The position numbers and the translations under genes were made by a program. DNA of 64,000 nucleotides from Actinomycetota bacterium (GTDB lineage Bacteria > Actinomycetota > UBA4738 > JBBDHU01). The stretch spans positions 417,408 through 481,407 of the forward strand of contig JBBDHU010000001.1 in NCBI GenBank assembly GCA_040880705.1, in the 5' to 3' direction. Numbering within the stretch: position 1 is the first letter of the stretch; each line of letters starts with the position of its first letter. The notes under the pieces are model-generated. The model ran no database searches and was not told the origin of the DNA. It worked only from the letters and a program-made list of their open reading frames with translations. This document shows, piece by piece, positions 16,451 through 26,972 of this stretch.

Positions 16451-17625
16451 ACGCTCCGTTCGAATCTTCCGAAGATCACGATCAGGATCGCGAGGAAGAT
16501 CGCCGGGACGATAAGGAATAGCGGGCGCTGGATCCACCACGACGGTGTGCTGTCGGTCTGACGGCCGAGCCCAAGCGGCCAGAGCACCAACAGCGCGAGC
16601 AGATAGGCCGTCATGTGCCAGAGGTAAAGGGTCATGATCACGCTGTTCAGGTAGATGGTGACCATCCACGGCCGCGTGCGTTGCAACCATTTGGCCGCGA
16701 AGGGCCGCAGGAGCGTCGCTACCCCGATAGACCATAAGATCATCCCGACCATGACGATCGTCGGCGGATAGGTGTTCGCGATCGGCTCGATGTCGGTGCC
16801 GAGCATGCTTTTCGGGAACGAACGCAAACCCTGGAACCATTCGGGCCCGTGACCGAAGAAGACGGGCGGATTGGTCAGCAGGACCATCGCGGCGAGGCCC
16901 GCGCCCGCTATCAGGGCGAGTCCGCGTTTGGACATCTTCGCGAGGCGGCCGTCGGCGTAGAAGTAGCCGATCTGGTGGGGCAGCAGCCACACGAAGGCCA
17001 CGTTGAAGTACCGAACGCCCGGATGGCCGCCGGCGAAGGCGATCACGTCGACCGCGGCGATCGCCACGACCAACACGGCCGGTACAGCCAGGCCGAAGCG
17101 GCGATGAAGCTTGATCGTCCACGGCGCCAGCACGATTACGAAGAGATAGACGGGAAGGAACCAGAGCGGGCCGAACGGCACCGTGGCACCGGGAGGGAGC
17201 ATGCCCCGGAGGAAGGACGTTTCGTCGCTGGTTCCACCGATGTCGGCGAGGTGCATTACGATCTGGATGACGGCCCACACTCCGATGAAGACCGCGCTCG
17301 GTTTGATGAGGCGCATCGCCCTGGTTCGAAGGAACGCCCTGGTGGACTCGCCCTTCCTCTTGAACGAGTCGTAGGTGACGAGGTTAGAGAACCCTCCCAC
17401 GAAGAAGAACAACGGCATGACCTGGAAGACCCACGTCGCCAGCCACATCCACGAGGTCTTGCCGATCGCGCTCGTGGTTCGGATGATCCCGTTGTGCCAC
17501 TCGTTGATGCCGATGAACCAGTGCCCGAGGACGACAGTAACGATGCTAAACGCGCGAAGGAAGTCGACGTAGCGGTCGCGCGTGGACGGCGTTCGCTCCG
17601 CCAGCTCGCGAAGCCGCCCGTTCAC
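16426..17625 (-). CDS. Acyltransferase family 3 (membrane O-acyltransferase)
   Basis: RYVDFLRAFSIVTVVLGHW... N-terminal motif and about 10 TM helices. The GTG start at 17625 overlaps the upstream gene's stop (GTGA). The Arg-rich 5' extension in the ORF track is discarded. Confidence 0.7.
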   Translation of the reverse strand: MNGRLRELAERTPSTRDRYVDFLRAFSIVTVVLGHWFIGINEWHNGIIRTTSAIGKTSWMWLATWVFQVMPLFFFVGGFSNLVTYDSFKRKGESTRAFLRTRAMRLIKPSAVFIGVWAVIQIVMHLADIGGTSDETSFLRGMLPPGATVPFGPLWFLPVYLFVIVLAPWTIKLHRRFGLAVPAVLVVAIAAVDVIAFAGGHPGVRYFNVAFVWLLPHQIGYFYADGRLAKMSKRGLALIAGAGLAAMVLLTNPPVFFGHGPEWFQGLRSFPKSMLGTDIEPIANTYPPTIVMVGMILWSIGVATLLRPFAAKWLQRTRPWMVTIYLNSVIMTLYLWHMTAYLLALLVLWPLGLGRQTDSTPSWWIQRPLFLIVPAIFLAILIVIFGRFERSVYQTTSTG

Positions 17626-18563
17626 CCCATTCCGGGGGTCCCCGTCTCCGGTCCGGCCGTTCCCGTAACCGCCGCGCGCGGGCGAGACACCATTAGAACC
17701 GCGACGACGATCAAGGCTCCTATGACCGCGAGGATCACTCCGCCCGGCAAGGAGTCCTGAACGTACTCGGCCGTTATCGCGCCCGGATAGGTGAGTGCGC
17801 CGAGAGCCACGAAGCCGGTCACGACCGGCATGCGCAGTTGCGCTGCGAGCCAGATCAGCCAAAGGAGCGTTGCGACACCGATGACGTAGCCGAGCCAACG
17901 GTGAGGATCGAACGAAAGCGGAGCGAACAGCGCGGCGATCGATCCGAGTGCGTAGCCGGTTCGCTCGGGCGAGATCGTCCCGCGCCTCGCGAGCACTATC
18001 CAAACGACGCCGAGTGCCCAGACGAGGATCCCGACGGAGGGAAAGGCCGGCTCGTTTCCGAACTCGCCTTCACTACTGGTAAAGGGAAGGAGGTTCCCGA
18101 TCGCGCCCACGAGCGAGGCCAAGCTCACGAACAGGGCTACCTGTTGCAAGCATCTGCGCCGCATCATCCAAAGAGCACCCGAGTAGACCGTGATTCCGGC
18201 GGCAGTCAGGATCGCCGGCCCGTCGCCTTCCATCTCGAGTACAACCGTGGAGAGAAGAACGAGGAACACCCCAACCCCGAACGTGGAAAGCAACCATTGA
18301 ACGCTTCCCAGGCGTGCCATGTCCTCCCTGTCGCTGCCGCCGGCGATCCACCCGGCGACGAAAAGCAGGACCGTGATCACGGCGACGGCAACGAGTTGTC
18401 CGTTCGACCCCAGATCCTCCATCGAGCCCACCGCCGCCGCGTACCCGGTTATCGCCAGCGCGGTCCCGATGTATCCGGCCGCTGCTGTGAAAGCCGCCGG
18501 ATCGAACATTCCAGGTCCTGCGGTTTGCGGTGCCGTCATGTCGCCCGGCATGGTTTCGCTCAT
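17622..18563 (-). CDS. Hypothetical polytopic membrane protein
   Basis: Multiple hydrophobic helices. Start set at MSETMPGD to avoid overlap with the divergent gene. Confidence 0.5.
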   Translation of the reverse strand: MSETMPGDMTAPQTAGPGMFDPAAFTAAAGYIGTALAITGYAAAVGSMEDLGSNGQLVAVAVITVLLFVAGWIAGGSDREDMARLGSVQWLLSTFGVGVFLVLLSTVVLEMEGDGPAILTAAGITVYSGALWMMRRRCLQQVALFVSLASLVGAIGNLLPFTSSEGEFGNEPAFPSVGILVWALGVVWIVLARRGTISPERTGYALGSIAALFAPLSFDPHRWLGYVIGVATLLWLIWLAAQLRMPVVTGFVALGALTYPGAITAEYVQDSLPGGVILAVIGALIVVAVLMVSRPRAAVTGTAGPETGTPGMG

Positions 18564-18630
18564 CTGACATCCCTCCCCTCGGGCGACCCTACCCCCGCGG
18601 AAGGCAGCGGCAAAGGACCCTCCTAGTATC

Positions 18631-19653
18631 GTGGCCGTCATGAGCGAAGCTGCACCCGCCGTTTTCGCGCGAGCCCGCGAGCTGATCGCGCCGGCCCTTC
18701 AAGCCACCGTCGAGCGGCTTTCTCCTGGGATCCGCCGCGTGGTGTCGTACCACTTGGGGTGGGAGGACGCCGACGGAGTTGCATCGCCTGGGGATGAAGG
18801 CAAAGCCGTGCGGCCGGCGCTCGCGATCGCGGCGGCGGAAGCGGCCGGAGGCCCGGGGGCGTCAGCCGTTCCGGGAGCGGTTGCCGTCGAACTGGTTCAC
18901 AACTTCTCGCTGTTGCACGACGACGTCATGGACCGCGATCGCGAGCGCCGTCATCGCGCCACGGCGTGGTCTCTGTTCGGTATCGGCCCGGCGATCCTGG
19001 CCGGCGACGCGTTGCTCGCTATCGCGCAAGAGCTCTTGATCGAACCGCCCGAGCCGGCTCGGTTGGAGGCCGCGGCCGCGCTGTCCGACGCCACGGGCGC
19101 CATGATCACCGGCCAGGCCGAGGACCTCGCATTCGAAACACGCATCGGCGTGACCGTCGAACAGTGCATCGAGATGTCGGCCCGGAAGACGGCGGCGCTG
19201 ATGGCCTGTGCGTGCAAGATCGGTGCGATCCTCGGCGGCGGCGATCAGGTGATCGCGGGCCGGATGGCTTCATTCGGAAGCAGCCTCGGGCTCGCCTTTC
19301 AGGCGGTGGACGACGTTCTCGGGATCTGGGGGCAGCCGGAGGTGACGGGCAAGGCCGCCGGCAGCGACCTTCGCCAGCGAAAGAAGACGCTGCCGGTGAC
19401 GGCCGCACTCGCGGCCGGCGGTCCGGCGGCCGAGCGCCTCGGCGTGCTGTTGTCCGGCGATATGGACACCGACGAGGACGTCGCGCTTGCGGCGAAGCTC
19501 GTCGACGAGAACGGCGGGCGCGCCCGCTCGCTGGAGGAAGCCGAACGCCGGCTGGACGTCGCCCTGAAGGCCTTGCGGGAGATGGACGTGGACCCCGACG
19601 CCCATCGGGACCTCGAGGAGATAGCACGCTTCATCACCGCGCGCGACTTCTAG
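18631..19653 (+). CDS. Polyprenyl synthetase family protein (geranylgeranyl/farnesyl diphosphate synthase-like)
   Basis: First DDxxD motif (LLHDDVMD) and second (FQAVDDVLG). Confidence 0.85.
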   Translation: MAVMSEAAPAVFARARELIAPALQATVERLSPGIRRVVSYHLGWEDADGVASPGDEGKAVRPALAIAAAEAAGGPGASAVPGAVAVELVHNFSLLHDDVMDRDRERRHRATAWSLFGIGPAILAGDALLAIAQELLIEPPEPARLEAAAALSDATGAMITGQAEDLAFETRIGVTVEQCIEMSARKTAALMACACKIGAILGGGDQVIAGRMASFGSSLGLAFQAVDDVLGIWGQPEVTGKAAGSDLRQRKKTLPVTAALAAGGPAAERLGVLLSGDMDTDEDVALAAKLVDENGGRARSLEEAERRLDVALKALREMDVDPDAHRDLEEIARFITARDF

Positions 19654-20648
19654 GCGAGGCGGGGAATAACCTCTTCGGCGAACAGCCGCGTCGAAGAGCG
19701 CATCAGCGGGCGATCCATTCCGGGGTAGTAACCCCGCGCGATGAAGGTGAATCGGGGACCGGCGATCTCTTGCAGTGAGCGGATGCGGGCGGCGACCTCG
19801 TCGGGCGTTCCGCAGATCATCGTCCGGCGCAGGATCTCCTCGGCCTTCGGATCCAGCTTCGGGGCTTCCTTCAAAGGCTCGGTCCTTCCTCTCGCCCCCT
19901 CGGCGTCCTCGTATTTCCAGTCGACGTAATGATCGGATTCGCGAACGAGTTCCCACGCGTCGCCGTCGTTCGAAACGAAAACCGGCCAATAGCCCGCGAT
20001 CTCGAAGTCATCGCGCGAGCCGAGCGCATCGCGAAGCCATTCCAAGTGCTCGGCAAACTCTTCCTTGGTGGGTTCTGCATCGATCCAGCCGTCCGCGATC
20101 TTCGCCGCGCGGCGAATGGAACGGTCGGCGTTCGCTCCGAGCCAGATCGGCGGCCCGCCGGGGCGCGCCGGCTTGGGGTAAATGCCGACTCCGGCCGATT
20201 CGACTCGGCCGGGGCCCCATGCCTGGCGGCAGATCTCAATCGCGTCGACCGTTCGCGCGACTCGTTCCCTGATCGGCACGCCAAGCGCCTCGAACTCCCA
20301 TTCGTTCCAACCCATCCCGAGGCCGAGTATCAGCCGGCCGCCTGAGATCACGTCGACGGTGGCCGCGTCCTCGGCAAGTCGCAGGGGGTGGTACAGCGGC
20401 GCGAGGACCAGTCCGGTTCCGATCTCGATCCGCGAGGTCCTGGCGGCCACCGCGGCCGAAAACGTGAACAAGGAAGGCATGTAGGAGTCGTCGTTGAAAT
20501 GGTGCTCGCTCGTCCAGACAGAGTCGAAGCCGAGCGTTTCGGCTTCCGTGCAGAGTTCCAGGGCTTCGCCGTAGATCTCCGAATCCGTCCGGGTCTCGCC
20601 GGGATATCGTTGGCAAGTGATGAGGCCGTATCCGAAACGCACGCGCAA
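19650..20648 (-). CDS. LLM-class flavin/F420-dependent oxidoreductase
   Basis: Luciferase-like monooxygenase pattern (GFDSVWTSEHH..., ...GLGMGW...). Confidence 0.8.
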   Translation of the reverse strand: MRVRFGYGLITCQRYPGETRTDSEIYGEALELCTEAETLGFDSVWTSEHHFNDDSYMPSLFTFSAAVAARTSRIEIGTGLVLAPLYHPLRLAEDAATVDVISGGRLILGLGMGWNEWEFEALGVPIRERVARTVDAIEICRQAWGPGRVESAGVGIYPKPARPGGPPIWLGANADRSIRRAAKIADGWIDAEPTKEEFAEHLEWLRDALGSRDDFEIAGYWPVFVSNDGDAWELVRESDHYVDWKYEDAEGARGRTEPLKEAPKLDPKAEEILRRTMICGTPDEVAARIRSLQEIAGPRFTFIARGYYPGMDRPLMRSSTRLFAEEVIPRLA

Positions 20649-20707
20649 ACCCTACAGCGTCGGCAGCGTGCTACCCTGAGGCAGTTTCTGCAGGTCAGAG
20701 GCCCTAG

Positions 20708-23700
20708 ATGACTGACGACCCGGTAACGCCACCCTTCGACGCCGGGAACATCCTTCAAGGATCCGGCGAACTGCTGGCGCGCGTCCTGGATGCAAGCTCC
20801 GATCTGATCACGATCGTTCGCGCCGAAGACGCCGTCTTCCTTTACGTCAACGACGCAATGGTTCGGGCGACCGGTTACGCGCGCGAGGAATTGGTCGGCC
20901 ACAGCGAGTCCGAGTTCGAGTTCTTCACCAATCCTGGGCTTCGAGAAGAGATGGCGAAGGAGATCCAGGAGAAGGGCTTCTTCGAAGGAATCGAGGGACA
21001 GTATCGGCGTAAGGACGGGACGATCCAGACCTCGATCACGTCGGTTCAGATCGTCGACATCGGCGGCGAGGTGTGCGTGTTGTCGCTTGGCCATGACGTC
21101 TCGGACAGGCGCGAGACGGAGGAACAACTTCGCGAAGCCGAGAACAGCTACCAGCGGATCGTGGAGGAAATCCCGATCGTCACCTATCGCGAGCTGGTGG
21201 GCGGCCCAGACCGGCCGGGGACCACGACTATCTACTTGGGACCACACACCGAATCGATACTCGGGTACACGCGAGAGGAACACGAGTCTGATCCGCATCT
21301 ATTCTGGAACAAGATTATTCATCCGGACGACCGGGAGCGTGTTCGCGAGGAAGCGGCGCGAGCAAACAAGACCGGCGAGCAGTTCAGATCCGAGTATCGC
21401 GCCATCGCGAAGGACGGGCGAACCGTGTGGCTCCTCGACATGTCCAACCGCGTCTCACTGAGCGAGGACGGATCACAAGTGTGGCGGGGCGTGACGATGG
21501 ACATCACGGAGCGAAAGGAAGCGGAAGAGGGATACCGCAGGCTTGTCGAGCAGATCCCAGCTGTGACCTACATCGAGGAAGAGGATTCCTCGGTGGCCAC
21601 GGGCTGGGCGGAGTTCTACATAAGTCCCCAGGTCGAATCGATGCTCGGGCATCCACGGGAGCATTGGGGCGGAAGGAAGTGGTTGGAGTCGCTTCATCCA
21701 GACGATGTCGAACGCGTCCGGGCCGTCGAGGCTCGATCGAGCGAGACGAGTGAGCCGTTCGTCTGCGAATACAGGCTCCTCGCCGCCGACGGACACTACG
21801 TCTGGGTCCACGACGAGGCTTGGATCCTCGACGATACGCCCCCGCGGCGGTGGCAGGGAATCATGATGGACATAACCGACCGCAAGCTGGCGGAGGAACA
21901 GACGACCCGTCGCGAGCGGATCATGAGTGCCGTGGCGTTCGCCTCGGAGAGATTCCTTCGAGCAGGGTCGTGGGAGGAATGCATCGACGAGGTATTGAGC
22001 CACCTCGGTGAGGCGGCGGAGGTCTCTCGCGCATATGTTTTCGAGAACCACGAGGACGACCAGGGCCGCCTCCTCAGCTCTGTTCGCTACGAGTGGGTAA
22101 GCCCGGGCACGCCATCCCAGCTCGAATATCCGGAGAACCACGGGTACCCGTACGAACAAGGTTTCGAACGATGGAAGAGCACGCTCGGGAGCGGCGGCGT
22201 CATCCAGGGGCTCGTGCGCGACTTGCCGGAAAGCGAGCGCGTGCAGTACGAGAGCGGTGAGACCCGTGCGCTGGTCGCGGTGCCGATATTCGTCGAAGAC
22301 AAATGGTGGGGTTACCTCGGCATGTCGGAGGCTCGCCGTGACCGGGAGTTCATGCAGTCCGAGGTCGAAGCGCTGAAAGCCGCCGCCGGAACGCTCGGCG
22401 CGGCAATCCAACGCCGTTTCGTGGAGGAGCGCCTGCACCAGGTCGAGGTCACGCACCGCACTCTGATCGAACGGATGCCGGCTTTCGTCTACCTAGAGGC
22501 GACGGACGAGAACAACACAGACCTTTACATGAGTCCTCAGTACGAGCAGATATTCGGTTACCCGTTGGAGGAGCGCCTGGCCGATCCCGGGCTTTGGGAG
22601 AGGCTCATCATTCCCGAGGACCTCGACTACGTGCAAAAGGTCACGCGCATCGCCAACGAGACGGGCGAGCCGTATTCAGCCGAGTACCGGATCAAGAGAG
22701 GTGACGACGGCCGGACCGTTTGGATTCACGACGATGCGGTGATCGTGCGGGATGAGGACGGGGAACCCCTCTACTGGCTCGGGATCGTGGTCGACGTGAC
22801 GGTCAGAAAAGAGGGGGAGCAGAGAGTACGGGAGGCGGAGGAGAAGTACCGGACCCTGGTGGAGCAGATCCCTGCGGTGTCCTACATCGACGCCATCGAC
22901 GAGGTCAGCACGGCTCTCTACATCAGCCCGCAAGTTGAAGGCCTCCTCGGCTACTCCGCAGAGGAGCGAATGCAAAAGCCCGGCCTGTGGATGGAGCACC
23001 TTCACCCGGAGGATCGCGAAAAGGTCCTGAACGAGTCGAAGGAAAAGAACGCCTCGGGTGAACCCTTCTCCATGGACTACAGGATGATCCGGCGCGACGG
23101 GAAGATGATCTGGGTCCACGACGAATGCGTCTTGGTACACGACGAGGAGGGCGCCCCTCTTTACTGGCAGGGCGTCATGGCCGACATCACGGATCGCAAG
23201 GACGCTGAAGCGGAACTGCAGCGCGCCCTCGAGTTGGAGCGCGAGGCCGGCGACCGCCTCCGGAGCCTCGACGAGATGAAGAACACATTCCTTACGGCCG
23301 TCTCACACGATCTGCGCACGCCGCTGGCGGCGATGCTCGGCTTGGCGCTCACCCTCGAGCGCGAGGAGATCGGGCTTGCGCCTGCGGAGATGCAGGATCT
23401 GGCGAGGCGCATCGCCGTCAACGCACGGAAGCTCGACCGCCTTGTGATGGATCTGCTCGATCTGGACCGGCTCTCCAGGGGGATCCTCGAGCCGAAACTC
23501 AACGAGACGGACGTCGGCTTCCTCGTCCAGCAGGTCGTAAACGAGGCGGACTTCGTCGGCGAGCATCCCGTCGACGTGCAGGTGGAATCGATCGTCGCGA
23601 AGGTGGACACCTCGAAGATCGAAAGGATGGTGGAGAACCTGCTCGCGAACGCCGTCCGCCACACGCCGCCCGGGACACAGGTTTGGGTCAAGGTGCTCGC

Positions 23701-23962
23701 CAAGGACGGCGGAGTGTTGATCGCGGTCGAGGATTCAGGTCCCGGGGTTCTGGCCGAACTCAAGGACGAGATCTTCGAACCGTTCCGGCAGGTGGGCGCC
23801 TCGCTCGACAATCCATCGCCGGGCGTCGGCATAGGCCTCTCGCTTGTGGCGCGGTTCGCCGAGCTTCACGGCGGGAAGGCCTGGGTCGAGGATCGCGACG
23901 GCGGCGGGGCTTCGTTCCGCGTGTTCCTGCCACTGGAAGGTGCGCTGGCTAGCGCCCCTTGA
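20708..23962 (+). CDS. Multi-PAS-domain sensor histidine kinase (HisKA + HATPase_c)
   Basis: At least five PAS-like repeats, each ending ...DITERK/DITDRK. H-box FLTAVSHDLRTPL. G-boxes (GPGV, GIGLSLV). Confidence 0.85.
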   Translation: MTDDPVTPPFDAGNILQGSGELLARVLDASSDLITIVRAEDAVFLYVNDAMVRATGYAREELVGHSESEFEFFTNPGLREEMAKEIQEKGFFEGIEGQYRRKDGTIQTSITSVQIVDIGGEVCVLSLGHDVSDRRETEEQLREAENSYQRIVEEIPIVTYRELVGGPDRPGTTTIYLGPHTESILGYTREEHESDPHLFWNKIIHPDDRERVREEAARANKTGEQFRSEYRAIAKDGRTVWLLDMSNRVSLSEDGSQVWRGVTMDITERKEAEEGYRRLVEQIPAVTYIEEEDSSVATGWAEFYISPQVESMLGHPREHWGGRKWLESLHPDDVERVRAVEARSSETSEPFVCEYRLLAADGHYVWVHDEAWILDDTPPRRWQGIMMDITDRKLAEEQTTRRERIMSAVAFASERFLRAGSWEECIDEVLSHLGEAAEVSRAYVFENHEDDQGRLLSSVRYEWVSPGTPSQLEYPENHGYPYEQGFERWKSTLGSGGVIQGLVRDLPESERVQYESGETRALVAVPIFVEDKWWGYLGMSEARRDREFMQSEVEALKAAAGTLGAAIQRRFVEERLHQVEVTHRTLIERMPAFVYLEATDENNTDLYMSPQYEQIFGYPLEERLADPGLWERLIIPEDLDYVQKVTRIANETGEPYSAEYRIKRGDDGRTVWIHDDAVIVRDEDGEPLYWLGIVVDVTVRKEGEQRVREAEEKYRTLVEQIPAVSYIDAIDEVSTALYISPQVEGLLGYSAEERMQKPGLWMEHLHPEDREKVLNESKEKNASGEPFSMDYRMIRRDGKMIWVHDECVLVHDEEGAPLYWQGVMADITDRKDAEAELQRALELEREAGDRLRSLDEMKNTFLTAVSHDLRTPLAAMLGLALTLEREEIGLAPAEMQDLARRIAVNARKLDRLVMDLLDLDRLSRGILEPKLNETDVGFLVQQVVNEADFVGEHPVDVQVESIVAKVDTSKIERMVENLLANAVRHTPPGTQVWVKVLAKDGGVLIAVEDSGPGVLAELKDEIFEPFRQVGASLDNPSPGVGIGLSLVARFAELHGGKAWVEDRDGGGASFRVFLPLEGALASAP

Positions 23963-24728
23963 ACTTCGGGTCGCGTTTTTCTGTGAAGGCCGCGGCGGCT
24001 TCCTGGGCGTCTTCGGTCTGTGCCAGCGTTCCGTATGCGAGTCTTTCGATCAGGACACCGGCCTCGCGCGAAGAATCCGACATCGCGTCGACGGCTTGTT
24101 TCGCTACCTGAAGTGCCAGCGGCGGCATCTCGGCGAGTTCCTTGGCAATGTCGAGCGCCCTGGTCAAGGCCGCACCTCGCTCCACGACCTCGTTGACGAG
24201 TCCCCAGTCCAATGCCTCGCGCGCGCCGAAGCGTTTGCCGAGCAGGATCAGTTCCTTCGCTCGTGCCGGACCGGCCAGCCGCACGAGCCGGTGTGTCCCG
24301 CCAGACGACGGGATGATCCCGATACCGGTTTCGGGCAGACCGAATTCCGCGGAGTCGTCGGCGATCCGAAGATCCGCGGCCATTGCCAGCTCGAAGCCAC
24401 CGCCCAAGCACCATCCCGAGATCGCTGCGATCACCGGCTGCGGCAGGCGCGCGATCGTCTCGTAGACCTCGCCGGTTTCCTTGTAGTACTCGAGGATCGC
24501 GCCGGGAGTCGCTTCGCGGAACTCGTTGATGTCGGCGCCCGCGGAGAATGCCTTGCCGGAACCTGTTAGAACGACCACGGAAGTCTTCCCGACCTCTTCG
24601 CCCTCGAGCGCCGCGGCGATCTGCTTCTCGACCTCAGTCGAAAGCGCGTTCAGTTTCTCCTCGCGCTTCAAGGTGATCACGCACGCCCGGCCCTCCGTCC
24701 GGACATCCACGAAGCTCTTGTCGCTCAA
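23949..24728 (-). CDS. Enoyl-CoA hydratase/isomerase family protein
   Basis: Crotonase-fold motifs (GSGKAFSAGADI..., ...GWCLGGGFELAMAADLRIA...). Confidence 0.85.
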   Translation of the reverse strand: MSDKSFVDVRTEGRACVITLKREEKLNALSTEVEKQIAAALEGEEVGKTSVVVLTGSGKAFSAGADINEFREATPGAILEYYKETGEVYETIARLPQPVIAAISGWCLGGGFELAMAADLRIADDSAEFGLPETGIGIIPSSGGTHRLVRLAGPARAKELILLGKRFGAREALDWGLVNEVVERGAALTRALDIAKELAEMPPLALQVAKQAVDAMSDSSREAGVLIERLAYGTLAQTEDAQEAAAAFTEKRDPKFKGR

Positions 24729-24773
24729 CGGCCCTCCTCCAAGAGGCCCAAGTCTGCACTATTCTCAGGCGTC

Positions 24774-26042
24774 ATGCCCGGGCATACGTCTTCGCACGAG
24801 GTCCCAAACCGCATCGAGGTCGACGTGTCTCCCGGCGAGCGAGTGTTCGTCGTTTCCGACATGCACCTCTGGCCGAAGCGAACGAAGGCGTCCGCGTGGG
24901 CAGCCATCGAGGTCGCGCGAAGGCTCAACACGTGGGAAGGGCCGGGCGTCCTCGTTATGGCCGGGGATATCCTCGAGATGTGGTTCGTGGAGCCGCCGGA
25001 TCCTACGGGCTCGTTGGACGCGCATCCCGAATTCGTCGAGGCCGTGCAGTCCTTCGGGTCAAAGGAGGGGCGGCGAGTCGTCTACCTGGTCGGCAACCAC
25101 GACGGGCGACTGGGCTGGGACGAGAAAGCAATATCGGTCGTGAAAGACCGGCTTCATGCGGAGCTTGCGCTGACGGCGGAGCTGGTGTTGCGGACCCCGA
25201 AGGGAGAGCGCCGCGTCCGGGTGGAACACGGTCACGCATACGATCCGGCGAACGAGTTCAAGAACCCGCACGACCCGGGTGAGACTCCGCTGGGTCAGCA
25301 CATCGTGCAGGAGATCTTGCCCGAGATGACCTTCGCGGATCAGGGCTGGCTCTCGGGAGTCGACAGCCTTTCGGATCCGAGAACGTTCCCGGCGTTCCTG
25401 ACCTCTCGTCTCTTCTATCGCCGGGTCCTCAAAGACGCGAAGTGGCTGCTGATCCCGGTGGTCCTGTTCCTGTTGGTGCGAATACCCGTGACATACCTCT
25501 TCCTCGGCGAGAGGGGTCAGGACTTGCTTCCGAGGGTCACGCGCAGGTTGGTAATGGTCGATGCGATCTTCATCGCCTTCGTGCTCTTGATGGTCGTGAT
25601 CCTCCTGATCGGGGCGCGCCGGGCCTGGCACACGGCCAGCAGCGCCGTCGCGACGAAAAGGGGCGCCGGGCAAAACGACAACACCCGGGCGGCCGCGAAG
25701 GCGTTCATCGATCAGGGATTCGCAGGAATGGTTTGCGGGCATACACACCATCCCGAGATCTCGGAGGTCGAAGGCGGCTTCTACGTCAACACCGGCTCCG
25801 GCACCCAGGTAGTCGATCGCGTTCCCGCCAAGATGGGATTGCCGCACGTGTTCGTGCCGCGGGTGCAGTTGTCCTTTGTCGAGCTGGAGGCGGGCGATGA
25901 CTGGACGGTTGTCTTGACCGCGGGGCGACAGGCGGTGCCCGGGAGCACCACGACCGAGCGTCGTATGCAGCGCAAGCGCACCGACGCGCCGCACGACCTT
26001 ACGGTCGTTGGGCGGTGGCCCGGCGGCCCGTTCACGGAGTAG
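24774..26042 (+). CDS. Metallophosphoesterase (calcineurin-like) with transmembrane segments
   Basis: Motifs VSDMHL, GDILE, GNHD, GHTHH. Two hydrophobic helices in the middle. Confidence 0.75.
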   Translation: MPGHTSSHEVPNRIEVDVSPGERVFVVSDMHLWPKRTKASAWAAIEVARRLNTWEGPGVLVMAGDILEMWFVEPPDPTGSLDAHPEFVEAVQSFGSKEGRRVVYLVGNHDGRLGWDEKAISVVKDRLHAELALTAELVLRTPKGERRVRVEHGHAYDPANEFKNPHDPGETPLGQHIVQEILPEMTFADQGWLSGVDSLSDPRTFPAFLTSRLFYRRVLKDAKWLLIPVVLFLLVRIPVTYLFLGERGQDLLPRVTRRLVMVDAIFIAFVLLMVVILLIGARRAWHTASSAVATKRGAGQNDNTRAAAKAFIDQGFAGMVCGHTHHPEISEVEGGFYVNTGSGTQVVDRVPAKMGLPHVFVPRVQLSFVELEAGDDWTVVLTAGRQAVPGSTTTERRMQRKRTDAPHDLTVVGRWPGGPFTE

Positions 26043-26092
26043 CCGTCATTGCGAGGCTACGGGTTCGTTACGGTTTCGGAATTACTCGCCGC

Positions 26093-26284
26093 CTAGGCGG
26101 GCTCGGCCGGCTCCGACTTCGCCGCGGCGGCAACTCTTCCGGCGCGAATCCACCCCTTGTTCTCGGAGAGGATCCAGCGTGCGCTGCAAGCCGAGCAGAG
26201 GATCTCGATGGTGTCGTTCAGAACGAGTACGACGTCCGTGGACGTGCAACTCGGGCACTTGACTATTCCGCGAACCTCTTCCAT
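26093..26284 (-). CDS. Small zinc-ribbon protein (63 aa)
   Basis: MEEVRGIVKCPSC...LCSAC has two CxxC pairs. GGAGGAAG RBS 5 nt upstream of the ATG at 26284. Confidence 0.45.
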   Translation of the reverse strand: MEEVRGIVKCPSCTSTDVVLVLNDTIEILCSACSARWILSENKGWIRAGRVAAAAKSEPAEPA

Positions 26285-26442
26285 GCAACTTCCTCCGTTG
26301 CCCGCGGGGATTGATCCGGTCAACCCGGATCGCGGGGAAGAATACCAGTAAGGGCAGCCCCGATGTGGGACGGGCGCCTCGAAACCCGCGGTCATCTGTG
26401 CGACTTCTTTCCGAGCTTTACCCACCGAAAGGAATCCCCATG

Positions 26443-26922
26443 CGTCGGGTTTTTGTCATTTTCGCCGTCGCCGCGCTGGCGATGGCCGCAGGTCGACCAC
26501 GACTCCGAGTCCGGCGCCTACCTCATCCAAGGTAGTCAAGCCTTCCCCCTAGTCAGTCTCCGGCCGTTCGAGGGGGCGATTGCCAGATCCAACCCGGCAC
26601 CGACTGCCGTGCCGACGACCTGCACGGCGCGGACCTTCGATACGCGCACCTGAACGGCGCGAACCTGACGGACGCCAACCTGGCAAACGCGGACCTAACC
26701 TACGCCAGCCTGAAGGGCGCGACGATCACGAAGTTCGACATCCCGGCGAAGGCGGACTGCCTCAAGCAGGAGAAGCCGACGGTTGCCTCCGGTCTGCCGC
26801 CCAGCGGCAGCACGCGAGTACGGGTCCCTTGCGATGCGAACAGGATCGTCGTCGAAATGATCGCGTCGAAGGGCGCAAACCGGGTGTCGCAGAAGGTGGC
26901 GGTCAAGACCGGCATCACCTGA
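26443..26922 (+). pseudogene. Disrupted pentapeptide-repeat lipoprotein gene
   Basis: A signal-peptide-like ORF (MRRVFVIFAVAALAMAAG...) stops at 26535. A different frame downstream encodes pentapeptide repeats ([31 protein letters not shown]...) up to the TGA at 26920-26922 but has no start codon. This needs at least one frameshift. Confidence 0.3.
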
Positions 26923-26972
26923 GAACCGGCACTCTGGCACCGGGTTTGCGGCCTGGCGCTACGCTTGGGGCG

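Noticed and set aside
15854-17278. 474-aa minus-strand ORF and 16849..17760 plus-strand ORF
   Set aside because: They overlap vapBC and the acyltransferase gene in other frames. Arg-rich, no domains.
18966-19989. ORFs 18966..19778(+), 19106..19627(-), 19270..19989(-)
   Set aside because: Alternative frames of the polyprenyl synthetase and LLM oxidoreductase genes.
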